Sequence record: SRR20825010_2976
Direction: 5' to 3' (one strand)
DNA: 60,104 nucleotides
The notes below the pieces were generated by a model, which saw nothing but the letters and a program-made list of their open reading frames with translations, was not told the DNA's origin and made no database searches. A program made the position numbers and the translations under genes. Positions 19,906-28,990 of this stretch are shown here, piece after piece; the first letter of the stretch is position 1, and each line of letters begins with the position of its first letter.

Positions 19906-20622
19906 ATGGAATTTCAGGATGTGATGGCCCAGCGCCACAGTGTGCGGGCGTTTACCGATCAGCCAGTGAGCGATGCACTGTTGAATCAATTGCTGGAGCG
20001 TGCCAGCGGAGCGCCCAGTTGGTCCAACACGCAGCCCTACCAGATCGCGGTGGCCCGCGGTGAGGTACTGGAAAGTCTGCGCCGCGAATTGCCTGAACGG
20101 TTTGATCAACTGATGGCGCTTCAGCGGGCGCCCATGGTGAAAAAGCTCAAGGCGCTGGTGACGAAAAAAGGGATGCCGGATGGCGATTATCGTCCGGTGG
20201 TGAAATACCCGGATGATCTACAGCCGCGACGTGTCGCCACCGGTCACGGTTTGTACCAGTTGCTGGGCATCGGGCGGGAAGACAAACAGGCCCGCCACGA
20301 GCAGATGGCGGCGAATTTCCGTTTCTTTGACGCGCCGGTGGCGCTGTTTATCTTCGTGCACGAAGGGCTGGGTATTTACAGCGCACTGGATGCGGGGATT
20401 TTTTTGCAGAGCCTGATGTTGGCTGCAACGGATGAAGGGCTGGGTTCCTGTGCCCAGGGCGCGCTGGCGCTGTGGCGTTCGCCGCTGGAGAAACACTTTC
20501 AGTTACCCGGGCAATACAAGCTGTTGTGCGGGTTGTCGCTGGGCTATGAAGCACAGGAAACCATCAACCAGTTCCGCCCAGACCGCCAGCCGCTGGAGAG
20601 TTTGCTGATTCCGGAGAAATAG
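19906..20622 (+). CDS. Nitroreductase-family protein
   Basis: RHSVRAF, APSWSNTQP, FFDAPV, LDAGIFLQSLMLAA..GLGSCAQ. Confidence 0.92.
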   Translation: MEFQDVMAQRHSVRAFTDQPVSDALLNQLLERASGAPSWSNTQPYQIAVARGEVLESLRRELPERFDQLMALQRAPMVKKLKALVTKKGMPDGDYRPVVKYPDDLQPRRVATGHGLYQLLGIGREDKQARHEQMAANFRFFDAPVALFIFVHEGLGIYSALDAGIFLQSLMLAATDEGLGSCAQGALALWRSPLEKHFQLPGQYKLLCGLSLGYEAQETINQFRPDRQPLESLLIPEK

Positions 20623-20832
20623 CATAGAGCGCCTGATGCCCAGAGCCTGACGGTTGACGCTTGAAATCCAAATATAAAAGCGGCGGCCATGTCCTGAAAA
20701 TGTGTTGGTAAGGCAGCTCAGGTGTGGTGGCTGGTTTGGGGTGGTCGGGCATCAGGCCTTTGGCGTCCTGCTCTTTGTTATAAGGACACTTTTCCCTGCA
20801 AGCCTATGGCAAGCGCACTGCCGTAAACCCAC

Positions 20833-21303
20833 TTACTGCTGTGTAAAAACGCGCAGGATGGGAAAACGGTGGTACCCGAAGAAAACCATCTTGCGCTGTT
20901 GCTCTGCGGCGGCGAAAGAGCCTTCCAGATTGCTGGCGTGGCGGCGGTCGCCGTTGGCGAATTCCGCTACCAGATAGTCGTCACGCAGAATACGTTGGCC
21001 GCCGGCATCGTTTCGCAAGGACACCAGTGCCCATCGTTCTCCGCTGTCACTGCTCAGGCTGCTGGCGTCCAGCAGGATAAAGCTGCTGCTGTCCGGTTCC
21101 AGCGGGTTATCCCGATCAAAGTCGGCATTGTCGGTAATCGACAGTGGCATATCAAAACGCAGAACGGCGCTGTTCTCAGCAAGAAGGGGCGCTGTGGCGC
21201 CCAGCGCCATGGCGTAGACAGCGCCGGCCACAAGGTAATGACGTTGCCGCGTGTGTGTGGCTTTGCTGCACCTGCTTCTGGGTGCGAATAAGCAGAGACG
21301 CAT
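20833..21303 (-). CDS. Hypothetical exported protein
   Basis: RBS ggagg before ATG 21303; hydrophobic stretch ending LLA; fills the gap between nitroreductase and hsp20. Confidence 0.6.
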   Translation of the reverse strand: MRLCLFAPRSRCSKATHTRQRHYLVAGAVYAMALGATAPLLAENSAVLRFDMPLSITDNADFDRDNPLEPDSSSFILLDASSLSSDSGERWALVSLRNDAGGQRILRDDYLVAEFANGDRRHASNLEGSFAAAEQQRKMVFFGYHRFPILRVFTQQ

Positions 21304-21523
21304 CTCAGGGACCTCCGTGGACTGCTGGTACAGATTCCGATTACCCGTGTTGTTCGGTGATTATGCCGTGAAGCCCCGGCAGTGAGGCTGAATCCATGGG
21401 CTGAGTATGTTTCCGGTGCGTGCCGGGCGACCTTCAATATTGTCGACGATCACTCCGGTCACGGCCCCGCGAACAGGTATGGAGCGCGGGGCGTGACGTC
21501 CATAGAGAAACACGGTTCTTCGC

Positions 21524-21560
21524 GTTGTTGCCTGAAACGTGCAGCCTGTTGCGTCTCCTC
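21524..21560 (-). repeat. GAGACGC heptamer element just after the hsp20 stop
   Basis: Minus strand reads gagacgc-aacaggc-tgcacgt-ttcaggc-aacaac; related to 12800-12836 and 22671-22699. Confidence 0.6.
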
Positions 21561-21562
21561 AA

Positions 21563-22078
21563 TCAATGAATTTCGATCCGCCGGCTGCCTTGATGATGGT
21601 GCTCGTGGCGAGGGATGCTGAGTGACAGTACCCCGTTGTGAAAAACGGCATTCATCTGCTCGGCATCCGCATCGGCCGGCAATGTCAGCATGCGCTGGAA
21701 GGGCCCGAAACGGCGCTCACTATAATGGTAGCCGTCGCGGTCATTTTCCTGGATGGGGGTTTTGCTGCCGCTGATCAGCAACATGTTGTTGTCCAGCGTG
21801 ACATCCAGGTCGGATTTCTCCACGCCGGGTAATTCCGCGGTAATCAGGTAGTGGTCGTCGCGCTCCAGAATATCCAGATTGGGGCGCAAGGGCGCGTTCG
21901 GTTGGGCATGTGGCGCCGGGGTAGTCCAGGCCATGTCGCCGAGCATCTGTTCGAACCAGTTGTCGAATTCGCGTTCCCAGCGTAGCAGAGGGTGGCCGGG
22001 GTGCCGTTGTGGCAGCGGCCGCTCGCGGCTGCCTTCCTGACGAAGCCAGTTCCAGGGTGTCATTTTATGCATATCCAT
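21563..22078 (-). CDS. Small heat-shock protein (Hsp20/alpha-crystallin)
   Basis: RBS aggagg; PNLDILE, AELPGV, SERRFGPFQRMLTLP, FHNGVLSLSIP, RRIEI. Confidence 0.93.
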   Translation of the reverse strand: MDMHKMTPWNWLRQEGSRERPLPQRHPGHPLLRWEREFDNWFEQMLGDMAWTTPAPHAQPNAPLRPNLDILERDDHYLITAELPGVEKSDLDVTLDNNMLLISGSKTPIQENDRDGYHYSERRFGPFQRMLTLPADADAEQMNAVFHNGVLSLSIPRHEHHHQGSRRIEIH

Positions 22079-22144
22079 CGCGTGTCCTCCTGAAGGGGTT
22101 GGAATAAACGGTTGGACAATGACCAAGTGCTTCACTTTCTGTTG

Positions 22145-22169
22145 TGAGGGAAATGCTGACAGCTTTCAA
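22145..22169 (-). promoter_or_regulatory. Putative sigma32 promoter of hsp20
   Basis: Minus strand ttgaaa-N13-ccctca resembles the CTTGAAA-N13/14-CCCCAT consensus. Confidence 0.45.
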
Positions 22170-22332
22170 TGCGTAATTGTGGACTTTTTGATCGATTGGG
22201 CAAAAGTGCTCCCTTGTAATCGGCCAGGTTCGGTGTCACAGATAGAAAGAGATGGATGAGTGCAGACGATTCGCCAACGAGCGAGTCTCGTGCTCAGACA
22301 CCATGGAACATGTACCGAAAAGGAGAGCAGTC

Positions 22333-22548
22333 ATGTCTGACCATCATGTCTACAAGAAGGTTGAGTTAGTCGGGTCTTCTCGCACCACCATTGAAGACGC
22401 CATTGAGAATGCGCTGGTTACCGCCAGTGAAAGCCTGGAGCTGATGGACTGGTTTGAGGTGACAGAAACCCGCGGCCATATCGAGAATGGCAAGGTGGGG
22501 CATTATCAGGTGACGTTGAAGGTAGGTTTCAGAATTTCCGGCTCGTGA
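22333..22548 (+). CDS. Dodecin (flavin-binding protein)
   Basis: RBS aggag; [39 protein letters not shown]. Confidence 0.95.
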   Translation: MSDHHVYKKVELVGSSRTTIEDAIENALVTASESLELMDWFEVTETRGHIENGKVGHYQVTLKVGFRISGS

Positions 22549-22580
22549 AATTGGACGCCGGACGCTAGAAGCTAGAAGCC

Positions 22581-22618
22581 ACAAAAAAACCGCACCCTTT
22601 CGGGCGCGGTTTTTTTGT
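22581..22618. terminator. Bidirectional intrinsic terminator
   Basis: acaaaaaaaccgcaccc-tttc-gggcgcggtttttttgt between convergent dodecin and deaD. Confidence 0.85.
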
Positions 22619-22670
22619 AGAGAACCCGGCGCGGAGCTAGGCCTCTCAATCACGAATTAACGACATCCGT

Positions 22671-22699
22671 GTTGCAGCATGAAGCGTGCTGCGTCTCTT
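22671..22699 (-). repeat. GAGACGC heptamer element just after the deaD stop
   Basis: Minus strand reads aagagacgc-agcacgc-ttcatgc-tgcaac. Confidence 0.6.
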
Positions 22700-22700
22700 C

Positions 22701-24356
22701 TTACACCATTTCCAGATCCAGAGCCTGCTGGCAGACCCGCGCGGTGCGGATCACATGCAGCTGTTTGGGCGACAGGTCTTCCGGCAGTTCCACGGTGCTG
22801 TGGTCCTGGTGGATCTTGATCGGACCGATCAGGCGGCTGGGCAGTTTGGCTTCGTTGGCGATGGCACCAACGATGTTGCCCGGTTTCACGCCGTGCTCGT
22901 GGCCGACCTTGATCCGGTAGCGACGCATGGCCTTGTCACTGCGGCCTTTGTCGCCCCGGTTACGCGGGTTGCGGTCTTCTCGACGGCCACCCACATGGGC
23001 GGATTCGCGACGGCGCGGCTCTTTCACCATTTTCGGTTCTTTCAGGATCAGCGGCTCACGCTTGAACATCATGGTGGCCAGAGCGGCGGCCATGTCGTTG
23101 TCGCTGATGTCCATGGCGTCACGCAGCTGGTTAACCAGCGCGCGAGCTTCATCAACATTGGCTCCAGAGGTGAATCCGGCCAGCTGCTCCTGGAAGCGGG
23201 CAATGCGCTTGGCATTCAGGTCATCCACAGATGGCAGCGCCATCTTTTCGATGCTCTGGCGGGTAATGCGCTCGATCTGACGCAGCACGTGTTGCTCACG
23301 GCGAGCCACGAACAGGATGGCGTCACCCTGGCGGCCGGCACGGCCGGTACGACCAATACGGTGCACGTAGGCTTCCGGATCGCCGGGCATGTCGTAGTTC
23401 ACCACGTGGGTGATGCGCGGTACGTCCAGACCACGCGCAACCACGTCGGTGGCGATGAGCAGGTCGAAACGCTTGTCTTTCAGACGCTGTACGGTTTTTT
23501 CCCGCTGTTGCTGGGGGATGTCGCCGTTCAGAGCTTCGGCGCGCAAACCGCGACGGTTCAGTTGCTCGGTGAGCTCCAGGGTCGCCTGTTTGGTACGCAC
23601 GAACACCAGCACCGCATCGTGCTCTTCGGCTTCCAGAATGCGGCACACGGCGTCCAGTTTGTTCAGCCCGGCCACCGGCCAGTAACGCTGGCGGATGGTG
23701 GTGCCGGTGGTGGCGCCGCCATTGTCGATGCGAACCAGTTTGGGTTGCTTGAGGTGTTGGTCGGCAACCTTGCGAATGACCGGCGGCATGGTGGCGGAGA
23801 ACAGCGCCAGCTGACAGTCATCGGGGGTACGTTCGAGTACCCATTTCACATCGTCGATGAAGCCCATGCGGAGCATTTCATCGGCTTCATCCAGCACCAG
23901 GGCTTTCAGATTATTCAGTTTCATGGAGCCGCGTTCCATGTGATCCATGACGCGACCGGGGGTGCCGACAATCACCTGGGCGCCACCGCGCAGGCCTTTC
24001 AGCTGGGTGCGGTATTCTCCGCCGCCGTAAATGGGCAGAACCTGCAACCCTTTGATGTCTTTGGCAAATTCTTCACATGCAGTGGCGACCTGGATAGCCA
24101 GCTCGCGGGTTGGGGCCAGAATCAGCATCTGCGGTTCACGCAGAGTCGGATCCAGGCGGGCCAGAAGGGGCAATGCAAACGCAGCCGTTTTACCTGTGCC
24201 GGTTTGTGCCTGGCCCAGAAGATCGTGTCCATCCAGCAACAGCGGGATGGCTTGCGCCTGAATCGGCGAAGGCTGCTCGAAGCCCTGACGGGCGATCGCA
24301 GTGAGCAGAACCTCGGGCAGGCCTAAAGAGGCGAACCCGGAACGGGAATCTGACAT
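22701..24356 (-). CDS. deaD: ATP-dependent DEAD-box RNA helicase DeaD/CsdA
   Basis: Q motif, AQTGTGKT, PTRELA, LDEADEML, SAT, HRIGRTGRAG, DbpA RNA-binding domain VKPGNIVGAIANEA. Confidence 0.93.
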   Translation of the reverse strand: MSDSRSGFASLGLPEVLLTAIARQGFEQPSPIQAQAIPLLLDGHDLLGQAQTGTGKTAAFALPLLARLDPTLREPQMLILAPTRELAIQVATACEEFAKDIKGLQVLPIYGGGEYRTQLKGLRGGAQVIVGTPGRVMDHMERGSMKLNNLKALVLDEADEMLRMGFIDDVKWVLERTPDDCQLALFSATMPPVIRKVADQHLKQPKLVRIDNGGATTGTTIRQRYWPVAGLNKLDAVCRILEAEEHDAVLVFVRTKQATLELTEQLNRRGLRAEALNGDIPQQQREKTVQRLKDKRFDLLIATDVVARGLDVPRITHVVNYDMPGDPEAYVHRIGRTGRAGRQGDAILFVARREQHVLRQIERITRQSIEKMALPSVDDLNAKRIARFQEQLAGFTSGANVDEARALVNQLRDAMDISDNDMAAALATMMFKREPLILKEPKMVKEPRRRESAHVGGRREDRNPRNRGDKGRSDKAMRRYRIKVGHEHGVKPGNIVGAIANEAKLPSRLIGPIKIHQDHSTVELPEDLSPKQLHVIRTARVCQQALDLEMV

Positions 24357-24557
24357 GTAGTACCTATGGATTAGGGGGAGGGGCCGAGCGGGGTCGGCGA
24401 GGGCGCGGAGTATACGCAGGTAATGCGCAAATTGCACGTTTTTTCGCCAATCAGCAGGGTGGGATGAAAGTGGAGAGGCCGGGTGGCCAAGAAGGCGCAA
24501 GCACGGAAAATGTGCAGGATAAAGGGGGAAGATGTACGGAACTGGCGGCCTGAAGAG

Positions 24558-24583
24558 TGGCCTCGCCCGGTTGGGCGAGGCCA
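24558..24583. terminator. GC-rich hairpin after the DUF4198 gene
   Basis: tggcctcgccc-ggtt-gggcgaggcca, 11-bp perfect stem; weak U tract. Confidence 0.5.
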
Positions 24584-24590
24584 GGCTCGC

Positions 24591-25403
24591 TTACATGGGC
24601 AATACTTCAACGGTGCCCAGATACTGCAGGTAACGCTCAGCGGCTTTGGGGTTGCTCACATTCTTGTCGCCGGTGCCCGCTTCCAGGAAGTAACGGCCAG
24701 CGGCGGGCCACTGGATATTGACGATGCCCTTGTCATCGCTGGTGACGGACCAGTCTTGCTGGCTGTCACGGTAGCGGGTGCCGCCGGGAACCAGTTCCAC
24801 CTTGATGCCGGCAGCCGGTTTGCCGTCCAGTAGCAGTTTCCACTGGGCGGTTTCGCCAGCGTAGAGGTCATTGGGGTGGGTCAGCAGTTCCAGCTCCAGG
24901 CCTTTGCCGGTGGGTTTCAGGCCGGTTTTGTTGGGCGCCCCCAGGGTGGCATAGGTTTCCAGACGGTTGAGCACTTCCAGCAGTTTGATGTCAGTGGCGT
25001 CTTTCGGCAGTTCTGCCAGCAGCTTGTCCGCGTCTTTCCCTCGGCTGCGCTGACGTTCGCCATCCACTTTATAGGACACGAAATAGCCGGGCTGGGCCAC
25101 GCTGATCCGGTAGCTGCCTTCCTGTTCCAGCTGTACGTCAAACACGCTGCGGGTGTGCATTTTGGTGGCATTGTCCACGGTGGCAGGTTTGCCGTCTGGG
25201 CCGGTGACTTGCAGGCCATCGATGGGGTAGGCCCGCTCGAAACCAAAGATTTCATTAGAGATGCTGGCATCCACGGTAATCCACTGGGGCTCGGACACGG
25301 TGGTATGGCTGGGCAGTAGCCACAGCTTGTGGGCCTGGGCGGGCAGGGCGCTAGCCAGCACCAGTGCGGCCAGTGCAGCTTGATGGAAACGGACTCGGAT
25401 CAT
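24591..25403 (-). CDS. DUF4198-domain periplasmic protein
   Basis: Signal peptide AQA|HKLWLLPS; GLELELLTHPNDLYAGE; SDDKG..WPAAGRY. Confidence 0.85.
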   Translation of the reverse strand: MIRVRFHQAALAALVLASALPAQAHKLWLLPSHTTVSEPQWITVDASISNEIFGFERAYPIDGLQVTGPDGKPATVDNATKMHTRSVFDVQLEQEGSYRISVAQPGYFVSYKVDGERQRSRGKDADKLLAELPKDATDIKLLEVLNRLETYATLGAPNKTGLKPTGKGLELELLTHPNDLYAGETAQWKLLLDGKPAAGIKVELVPGGTRYRDSQQDWSVTSDDKGIVNIQWPAAGRYFLEAGTGDKNVSNPKAAERYLQYLGTVEVLPM

Positions 25404-25428
25404 GGTGATGCTCCTTGAGTGGTCGGTG

Positions 25429-25920
25429 TTATTGAGAGACGGTCAGGGTCACGGTGCCCAGTTCGTCGGTGCCTTTAACCTGTTGTTGCTGCGGTGTTTT
25501 TTCGGCTGGCCACCGGAAGGGCAGTTTCACTACTTCGCGGCCCCCCACTTCCCGGGCGGCTTCCACTACCAGGGTGTATTCACCAGCGGGTAGCGATTGC
25601 AGGGCGTCCAATGTGCTGAAATCCACTGTGTGCGTGCCGGGTGAACGGGTGGCGCCAGTGAGGCCGTCATAGGGAGCGGACTGGCTGCGACCGGTGCGAC
25701 GCCACCACTGGCGGATATCCTTTAGCCATTTTTCCTGGTCGTCGTACCACAGGCCCAGAGGCTCCAGGGTGCTGCGATCGGCGTTTTCCACCCAGAAGGC
25801 CACATAGGGGGCGTGGTATTCGGCCACGCGCTTGCGCGGCACTTCCACGTCCACCGAAAAGGTATCGGCGAGGGCCTGGCTGGTTAGCAGGGGGAGCAGA
25901 GCAAGGTAATGCAAGCGCAT
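25429..25920 (-). CDS. DUF2271-domain protein
   Basis: EYHAPYVAFWVE, WLKDIRQWWRR, DGLTGATR, EAAREVGGRE. Confidence 0.88.
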   Translation of the reverse strand: MRLHYLALLPLLTSQALADTFSVDVEVPRKRVAEYHAPYVAFWVENADRSTLEPLGLWYDDQEKWLKDIRQWWRRTGRSQSAPYDGLTGATRSPGTHTVDFSTLDALQSLPAGEYTLVVEAAREVGGREVVKLPFRWPAEKTPQQQQVKGTDELGTVTLTVSQ

Positions 25921-25953
25921 GGGAATGTCCTTTCTTGTCTTAAATGGCGGTGC

Positions 25954-26559
25954 TTAATGCATGAAAAACACGATTAACAGCCAGGGCAGCACCAGCCCGG
26001 CCAGGGTGACCGGCCAGGTAGCCGGGCGCCGTTTGGCGTGAAGCATCATCAGCCCCAAGCCGGTGAACGCGAAAAGCAGGCTGGCCACGGCAAAAATATC
26101 GATAAACCAGATCCACACCGTGCCGGTGTGGCGACCTTTGTGCAGGTCATTAAAGAACGCGATCCAGCCCCGGTCGGTGGTTTCCGCGAGTACCGTGCCG
26201 TTATTCATATCAATGGCGAGCCAGGCATCGCCGCCGGGGCGTGGCATGGGCAGGTAGATTTCGTCGCTGGCCCATTCCGGTTCTCCGCTGGTGTTCTGCA
26301 AATCCATTTTCCGCGCCAGCCATTGCTGGACGGTTGCGGGCAGCTGGCCGTTCTTTTGCTCTGCGAGTTCGGATAGCAATTCGGCGGGTAGCTCACCCTG
26401 ATGCTCGCGGATGACCGGATCGGCGCTGATCTGGCTGGCGTGGTTGAGGGTAATCCCGGTCAGGCTGAACAACACCAGGCTGATCAGGCAGATCGCAGAG
26501 GTTACCCAGTGCCATTGATGGAGTTGTTTCAGCCAGAAGGCTTTGCGTTTTTTATTCAC
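25954..26559 (-). CDS. PepSY-associated TM-helix protein
   Basis: HQWHWVTSA, FSLTGITLNH, LPMPRPGGDAW, NDLHKGRHTG. Confidence 0.88.
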   Translation of the reverse strand: MNKKRKAFWLKQLHQWHWVTSAICLISLVLFSLTGITLNHASQISADPVIREHQGELPAELLSELAEQKNGQLPATVQQWLARKMDLQNTSGEPEWASDEIYLPMPRPGGDAWLAIDMNNGTVLAETTDRGWIAFFNDLHKGRHTGTVWIWFIDIFAVASLLFAFTGLGLMMLHAKRRPATWPVTLAGLVLPWLLIVFFMH

Positions 26560-26597
26560 GGTGGCGTTCGATCGTTCGCAGCAGAGGGGGAGATGTT

Positions 26598-26616
26598 AAT
26601 GAGAATGGTTATGTTT
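26598..26616. promoter_or_regulatory. Fur box (PepSY-TM operon side)
   Basis: aatgagaatggttatgttt resembles the Fur consensus. Confidence 0.6.
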
Positions 26617-26695
26617 AAATACAGCAATCTTCGTAAAGAATGTAATGACAGGCGGGTTTGAATGAATTCTATTCAATAAAAAGCTGGCCTGCCTT

Positions 26696-26714
26696 AATGA
26701 TAATTCTTATCATT
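26696..26714. promoter_or_regulatory. Fur box upstream of the response regulator
   Basis: aatgataa-ttc-ttatcatt, a near-consensus palindrome. Confidence 0.85.
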
Positions 26715-26719
26715 CGTGA

Positions 26720-27436
26720 ATGAATGCCATTGCCCAAATTCCTGCCCGCCTGCTGGTCATCGAAGATGATGCGGTACTCAGCGGCCATCTACGTGACTAC
26801 TTTTCTGAACGTCACTATCTGGTATCCCTGTGCGCCGAGGGCCCGGCGGGGCTGGAGGCGGCGGCCTCCGGTGACTACGATTTGGTGCTACTGGATATCC
26901 TGTTGCCCGGGCTTAATGGCCTGGAGCTGCTCAATGCCCTGCGCCAGCAAAGCCCGGTGCCAGTAATCGTGGTGTCTGCGCTGGGGGATGAGCAGGCCCG
27001 TATTCAGGGCCTGATCAATGGGGCGGATGATTATCTTCCGAAGCCGTTCAGCATGGCGGAATTGGCGGTGCGAGCGGATGCGGTGTTGCGGCGGGTGGCG
27101 CTGGAACGTATCCGTCCGGAAGATGAAGGGCTGGAATCGGTGGGCAAGCTGGTGCTGCGCGAGCATGACATGGTGGCGTTTTACCGGCACACGGACCTGG
27201 GCCTCACCAACACCGAATTCCGGTTGCTTCAGGTGTTGCTGGAGCACCGTGATGCGGTGCTTAGCAAACCTTTCCTCTACCAGGCGGTGTTGCACCGGGG
27301 CTGTGGTCGCCATGACCGTAGCCTGGATCTGCACATCAGCCATGTACGCCGCAAATTGCGTGACGTTGGCGCTCCGGAATCCGCGGTGCGCACAGTCTGG
27401 GGGCAGGGCTATACCCTGATCACCGACGCTCTGTGA
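26720..27436 (+). CDS. OmpR-family response regulator (PfeR/PirR-like)
   Basis: LLVIEDD, LLDILLPG, GADDYLPKPF, VLSKPFLYQAVLHR..DRSLDLHISHVRRKL; Fur box and TonB receptor context. Confidence 0.92.
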   Translation: MNAIAQIPARLLVIEDDAVLSGHLRDYFSERHYLVSLCAEGPAGLEAAASGDYDLVLLDILLPGLNGLELLNALRQQSPVPVIVVSALGDEQARIQGLINGADDYLPKPFSMAELAVRADAVLRRVALERIRPEDEGLESVGKLVLREHDMVAFYRHTDLGLTNTEFRLLQVLLEHRDAVLSKPFLYQAVLHRGCGRHDRSLDLHISHVRRKLRDVGAPESAVRTVWGQGYTLITDAL

Positions 27437-28785
27437 TGTTGAAACGCTATTCCCTTCTTTGGCGCCTGGCGCTGGTTCTGGTGATTGTCGCGGTGAGTAC
27501 CATGGTGATAGGGACACGAATTACCGGTGTCCTGCGCAATGATGCCCAGCTGTTGAACGAGCAGGCGATTGCCATTATGCAAGGTTATGCCGCGGCGGCG
27601 GAGCAGGCCTGGCTGACCGGCGGCCAGGCGGGAGTGGATCAGTGGCTGGCGGATATGAGGACGCGTGAAGCGGGTGACATCGCTGTTATCAGTGCCACTG
27701 ACCAGTCGCTCAGTAGTGTTCCGTTGACCGAGCAGGAACGGGCCGGGTTGCGCTTTCAGCGTGGCGTGGATCGGCGCATGAGTTTTCGTTACGGCAAAAA
27801 GATGCCGTACCTGGGCGTGCCGTTTCCCGTCGTGCCGGAACAGGGCAGCTTGCTGATGCAGTTGCCTCCCCGTTTGCGCCCGGGCACCTACTGGCCATGG
27901 GTCGAAAATCTGCTGCTGGTGGGAATGCCCACGTTGTCTGCGTTACTGCTGGGTGGGCTGTTGTTCTGGCGTGCTCGTGTGCCTTTGAAAGCCCTGCAGG
28001 CGCAAGTGCTGGGTTTCAAGGATGATACCCAGGCACGTGTGACTGGCCCGCTGGCAACACGCGGGGATGAGTTCGGGGAGCTGGCCCGCAGTTTCAATCA
28101 TATGGCGGAACAGGTGTCCGGGATGCTGGACACCCAGCGGCAGCTGCTCAATGACATGTCCCATGAATTGCGTACCCCCTTGAGCCGTTTGTCCGTGGCG
28201 CTGGAAAGCCAGATGAGCGAAACCGAATTGCGTCAGCGGGTGGAGCAGGAGCTGCACCACATGCGCACTCTGGTGGATGACACCCTGGCGCTGGGATGGC
28301 AGGACACTGATACCGGTACTGCCGACCTGGAGTTCCTGTCGTTGCCGGTGCTGTGGGAGATGATTGTTGAAAATGCGGCGTTCGAAAGCGGTTGGGACAA
28401 GTGCCGTTTCCCTTGTGCGTTGCCGGACGATGCTCTGGTGTACGGCAACCTGAATGTATTGGCCCAGGTGTTTGAGAATCTGGTCCGCAATGCCATTCGC
28501 CATTCCCCGGAGCAGGGGACCGTGCAATTGCTTGGGCAATGGGAAGAGGGAGCCTGGCACCTGCAGGTAGTGGATCAGGGGCCGGGGGTGCCGGACGACA
28601 AACTCGACCGAATCTTTGCGCCCTTTGTGCGTCTGGACGCTGCCCGGGGTGACCGTAGCGGCTTCGGGCTGGGATTGAGCATAGCCCGGCGTGCGGTAGA
28701 GCGGCTGGGCGGCGAGCTGTGGGCACACAACGGCACCCCTGGCCTGTGCGTGCATCTGCGGCTGCCTGCCCCACCACTTGTATAA
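27433..28785 (+). CDS. Sensor histidine kinase (PfeS/PirS-like)
   Basis: SLLWRLA, LMQLPPRLRP, HAMP DEFGELARSFNHMA, SHELRTPL, ENLVRNAIRHS, GFGLGLSIA. Confidence 0.92.
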   Translation: MMLKRYSLLWRLALVLVIVAVSTMVIGTRITGVLRNDAQLLNEQAIAIMQGYAAAAEQAWLTGGQAGVDQWLADMRTREAGDIAVISATDQSLSSVPLTEQERAGLRFQRGVDRRMSFRYGKKMPYLGVPFPVVPEQGSLLMQLPPRLRPGTYWPWVENLLLVGMPTLSALLLGGLLFWRARVPLKALQAQVLGFKDDTQARVTGPLATRGDEFGELARSFNHMAEQVSGMLDTQRQLLNDMSHELRTPLSRLSVALESQMSETELRQRVEQELHHMRTLVDDTLALGWQDTDTGTADLEFLSLPVLWEMIVENAAFESGWDKCRFPCALPDDALVYGNLNVLAQVFENLVRNAIRHSPEQGTVQLLGQWEEGAWHLQVVDQGPGVPDDKLDRIFAPFVRLDAARGDRSGFGLGLSIARRAVERLGGELWAHNGTPGLCVHLRLPAPPLV

Positions 28786-28807
28786 ATTGTAAATCTCCTT
28801 TCGTTAC

Positions 28808-28828
28808 AAATAAGAATCAATATCATTT
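28808..28828. promoter_or_regulatory. Fur box upstream of the TonB-dependent receptor
   Basis: aaataagaatcaatatcattt. Confidence 0.7.
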
Positions 28829-28990
28829 CGTTTCGTGAAGTAGGTTCACTGCTACTTCCTGCGGCCTTCCATGGCCGGTTTTCCGGGGGAACTGTATCGA
28901 TTCTTTGACACTCGTCTGCAAGGTCGTGTGCTGAAGGGGGCGGTTTTCACTCCGGTTTGATGTTGTTTCTGATCTTTGAGGAGTAAAACC

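Noticed and set aside
10413..22699. Dispersed repeats considered as a CRISPR array or integron attC sites
   Set aside because: No regular repeat-spacer period, no cas or integrase genes, and no RYYYAAC/GTTRRRY box pairs around cassettes
22686..24326. 546-aa plus-strand ORF opposite deaD
   Set aside because: Antisense shadow ORF typical of conserved high-GC genes
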